Position numbers and translations under genes: made by a program. The notes under the pieces were generated by a model. That model was not told where the DNA came from. It worked only from the letters and a program-made list of their open reading frames with translations, and did no database searches. Positions 62,918 through 64,000 of a DNA stretch of 64,000 nucleotides are shown here, in pieces (the stretch's first letter is position 1; each line of letters begins with the position of its first letter). The stretch is taken from assembly GCA_027311865.1 (NCBI GenBank), contig DAICYC010000001.1:33880-97879 (forward strand). The letters run 5' to 3'. The stretch comes from Candidatus Saccharimonadota bacterium (GTDB lineage Bacteria; Patescibacteriota; Saccharimonadia; Saccharimonadales; Saccharimonadaceae).

Positions 62918-63865
62918 TTAGTCGGTAATTATCGTGCCCGCTCGCCCCCGAATCGCATCATAAGCACGGGTTGGCGTCGTGATAATAGCCCGTCGACCGT
63001 CACCCGATTTAACAAATTCAAGCGACGCTTCGATTTTCGGCAACATACTTCCAGCCGCAAACTGACCATCGGCGATATAGTTCTTGGTATCAGCAATGGT
63101 TAATCGGCCAAGTGGAATCTCTTGTGGTGTATTGTAGTTGATTGCGACTTGATCAACTGCCGTCAGAATGAGCAGGATGTCGGCATTAATCGCTTCGGCT
63201 AATTTTTCGGCCGCAAAATCTTTATCAACCACGGCTTCAGCGCCGCGCAAACTGCCGTCAGCCTCGACCACAACTGGTATTCCGCCACCCCCGGCCGCCA
63301 CAACGATGTAGCCTTCGCGAACGAGAGATGCGACAAAGTCTTTTTCAATGATATCAATTGGCCGGGGTGAAGCCACAACTCGTCGCCAGCCACGACCGGC
63401 ATCTTCTTTAACGATAAAGTTTTGACGTCCGGCAGCTGCCTGCTCGGCGGCTGCGCGAGTTTCGTAAAATTGCCCAACCGGCTTGGATGGTCGATGAAAA
63501 GCCTCATCATCAGCTCGAACCAACGACTGCGTCACAACCGTCGCTACCGATTTGGCAACGCCAGCCCGACGCAGCTCGTTGCCAATAGCCAGCTGGAGCC
63601 AGTAGCCGATCGACCCCTGGCTCATTGCAACGCAGCTATCGATAGGTAGCGTCGGCATATCAGCTGTATTAATCGCCTCTTCGCGCAGAATGATATTACC
63701 AACCTGTGGTCCATTGCCGTGCACTACGACAATTTCATGACCATCGCGAACTAGAGCGATTAATTGACGAGCGGTTTGTTCCGCCACTCGAATCTGAGCT
63801 TCAGCCGACGCTTCACCATCTTTCTGTAGCGCGTTACCGCCCAGTGCAATAACGATTCGCGCCAT
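62918..63865 (-). CDS. arcC: Carbamate kinase
   Basis: ALGGNAL, HGNGPQVG, PSKPVG, GWRRVVASP, VDKD, GSMLPK. Confidence 0.96.
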   Translation of the reverse strand: MARIVIALGGNALQKDGEASAEAQIRVAEQTARQLIALVRDGHEIVVVHGNGPQVGNIILREEAINTADMPTLPIDSCVAMSQGSIGYWLQLAIGNELRRAGVAKSVATVVTQSLVRADDEAFHRPSKPVGQFYETRAAAEQAAAGRQNFIVKEDAGRGWRRVVASPRPIDIIEKDFVASLVREGYIVVAAGGGGIPVVVEADGSLRGAEAVVDKDFAAEKLAEAINADILLILTAVDQVAINYNTPQEIPLGRLTIADTKNYIADGQFAAGSMLPKIEASLEFVKSGDGRRAIITTPTRAYDAIRGRAGTIITD

Positions 63866-63869
63866 TAAC

Positions 63870-64000
63870 TTAAGCCGCTCCTGAGAGTAAAGCCGAAACT
63901 GTCAAAACGACAATCGAGATTACCGAAACGATAACCATGAACTTCCAGGTCCGCTTGAGGTAGATGCCGTATGAAACCTTAGCCAAGGCTAGGCCACCCA
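63870..64000 (-). CDS. C-terminal end of a YfcC/ArcD-type arginine/ornithine antiporter (partial)
   Basis: ...GGLALAKVSYGIYLKRTWKF + final TM, 4 nt upstream of arcC. Confidence 0.65.
   Translation of the reverse strand, partial: GGLALAKVSYGIYLKRTWKFMVIVSVISIVVLTVSALLSGAA

Overview
Bacterial chromosomal segment whose gene repertoire and style point to a Patescibacteria/CPR genome, most likely Candidatus Saccharibacteria (inference). The clues are the pilC-pilMNO cluster, several short pilins, an archaeal-type non-discriminating AspRS, a lamin-tail surface protein and apparently leaderless core genes. It holds type IV pilus genes, recA/recX, ruvCAB, yebC, dinB, all three CAU-anticodon tRNAs, murC, aspS, dsbA, a PBP1A, VKOR-pyrD, lemA/TPM, heliorhodopsin, metK under a SAM-I riboswitch and the end of an arginine deiminase operon. 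The top candidate for an undescribed system is a divergent F1-ATPase operon (33002-38185) with no a or epsilon gene. Its c-subunit position is taken by a signal-peptide protein with an extracellular beta domain fused to a c-like hairpin (GRNP loop kept, ion-binding carboxylate replaced by Ile). This suggests an ATP-driven rotor carrying a surface appendage, although atpD is truncated in this assembly. Other highlights are two tandem BTG/Tob-like orphans, a coupled VKOR-dihydroorotate dehydrogenase pair, a Cys-less dihydrolipoamide-dehydrogenase-like flavoprotein, a SipW/TasA-like fibre operon, a GT2 + mini sorting peptide + sortase locus and a tandem array of coiled-coil gene pairs. All calls come from reading motifs by eye; no searches were run.
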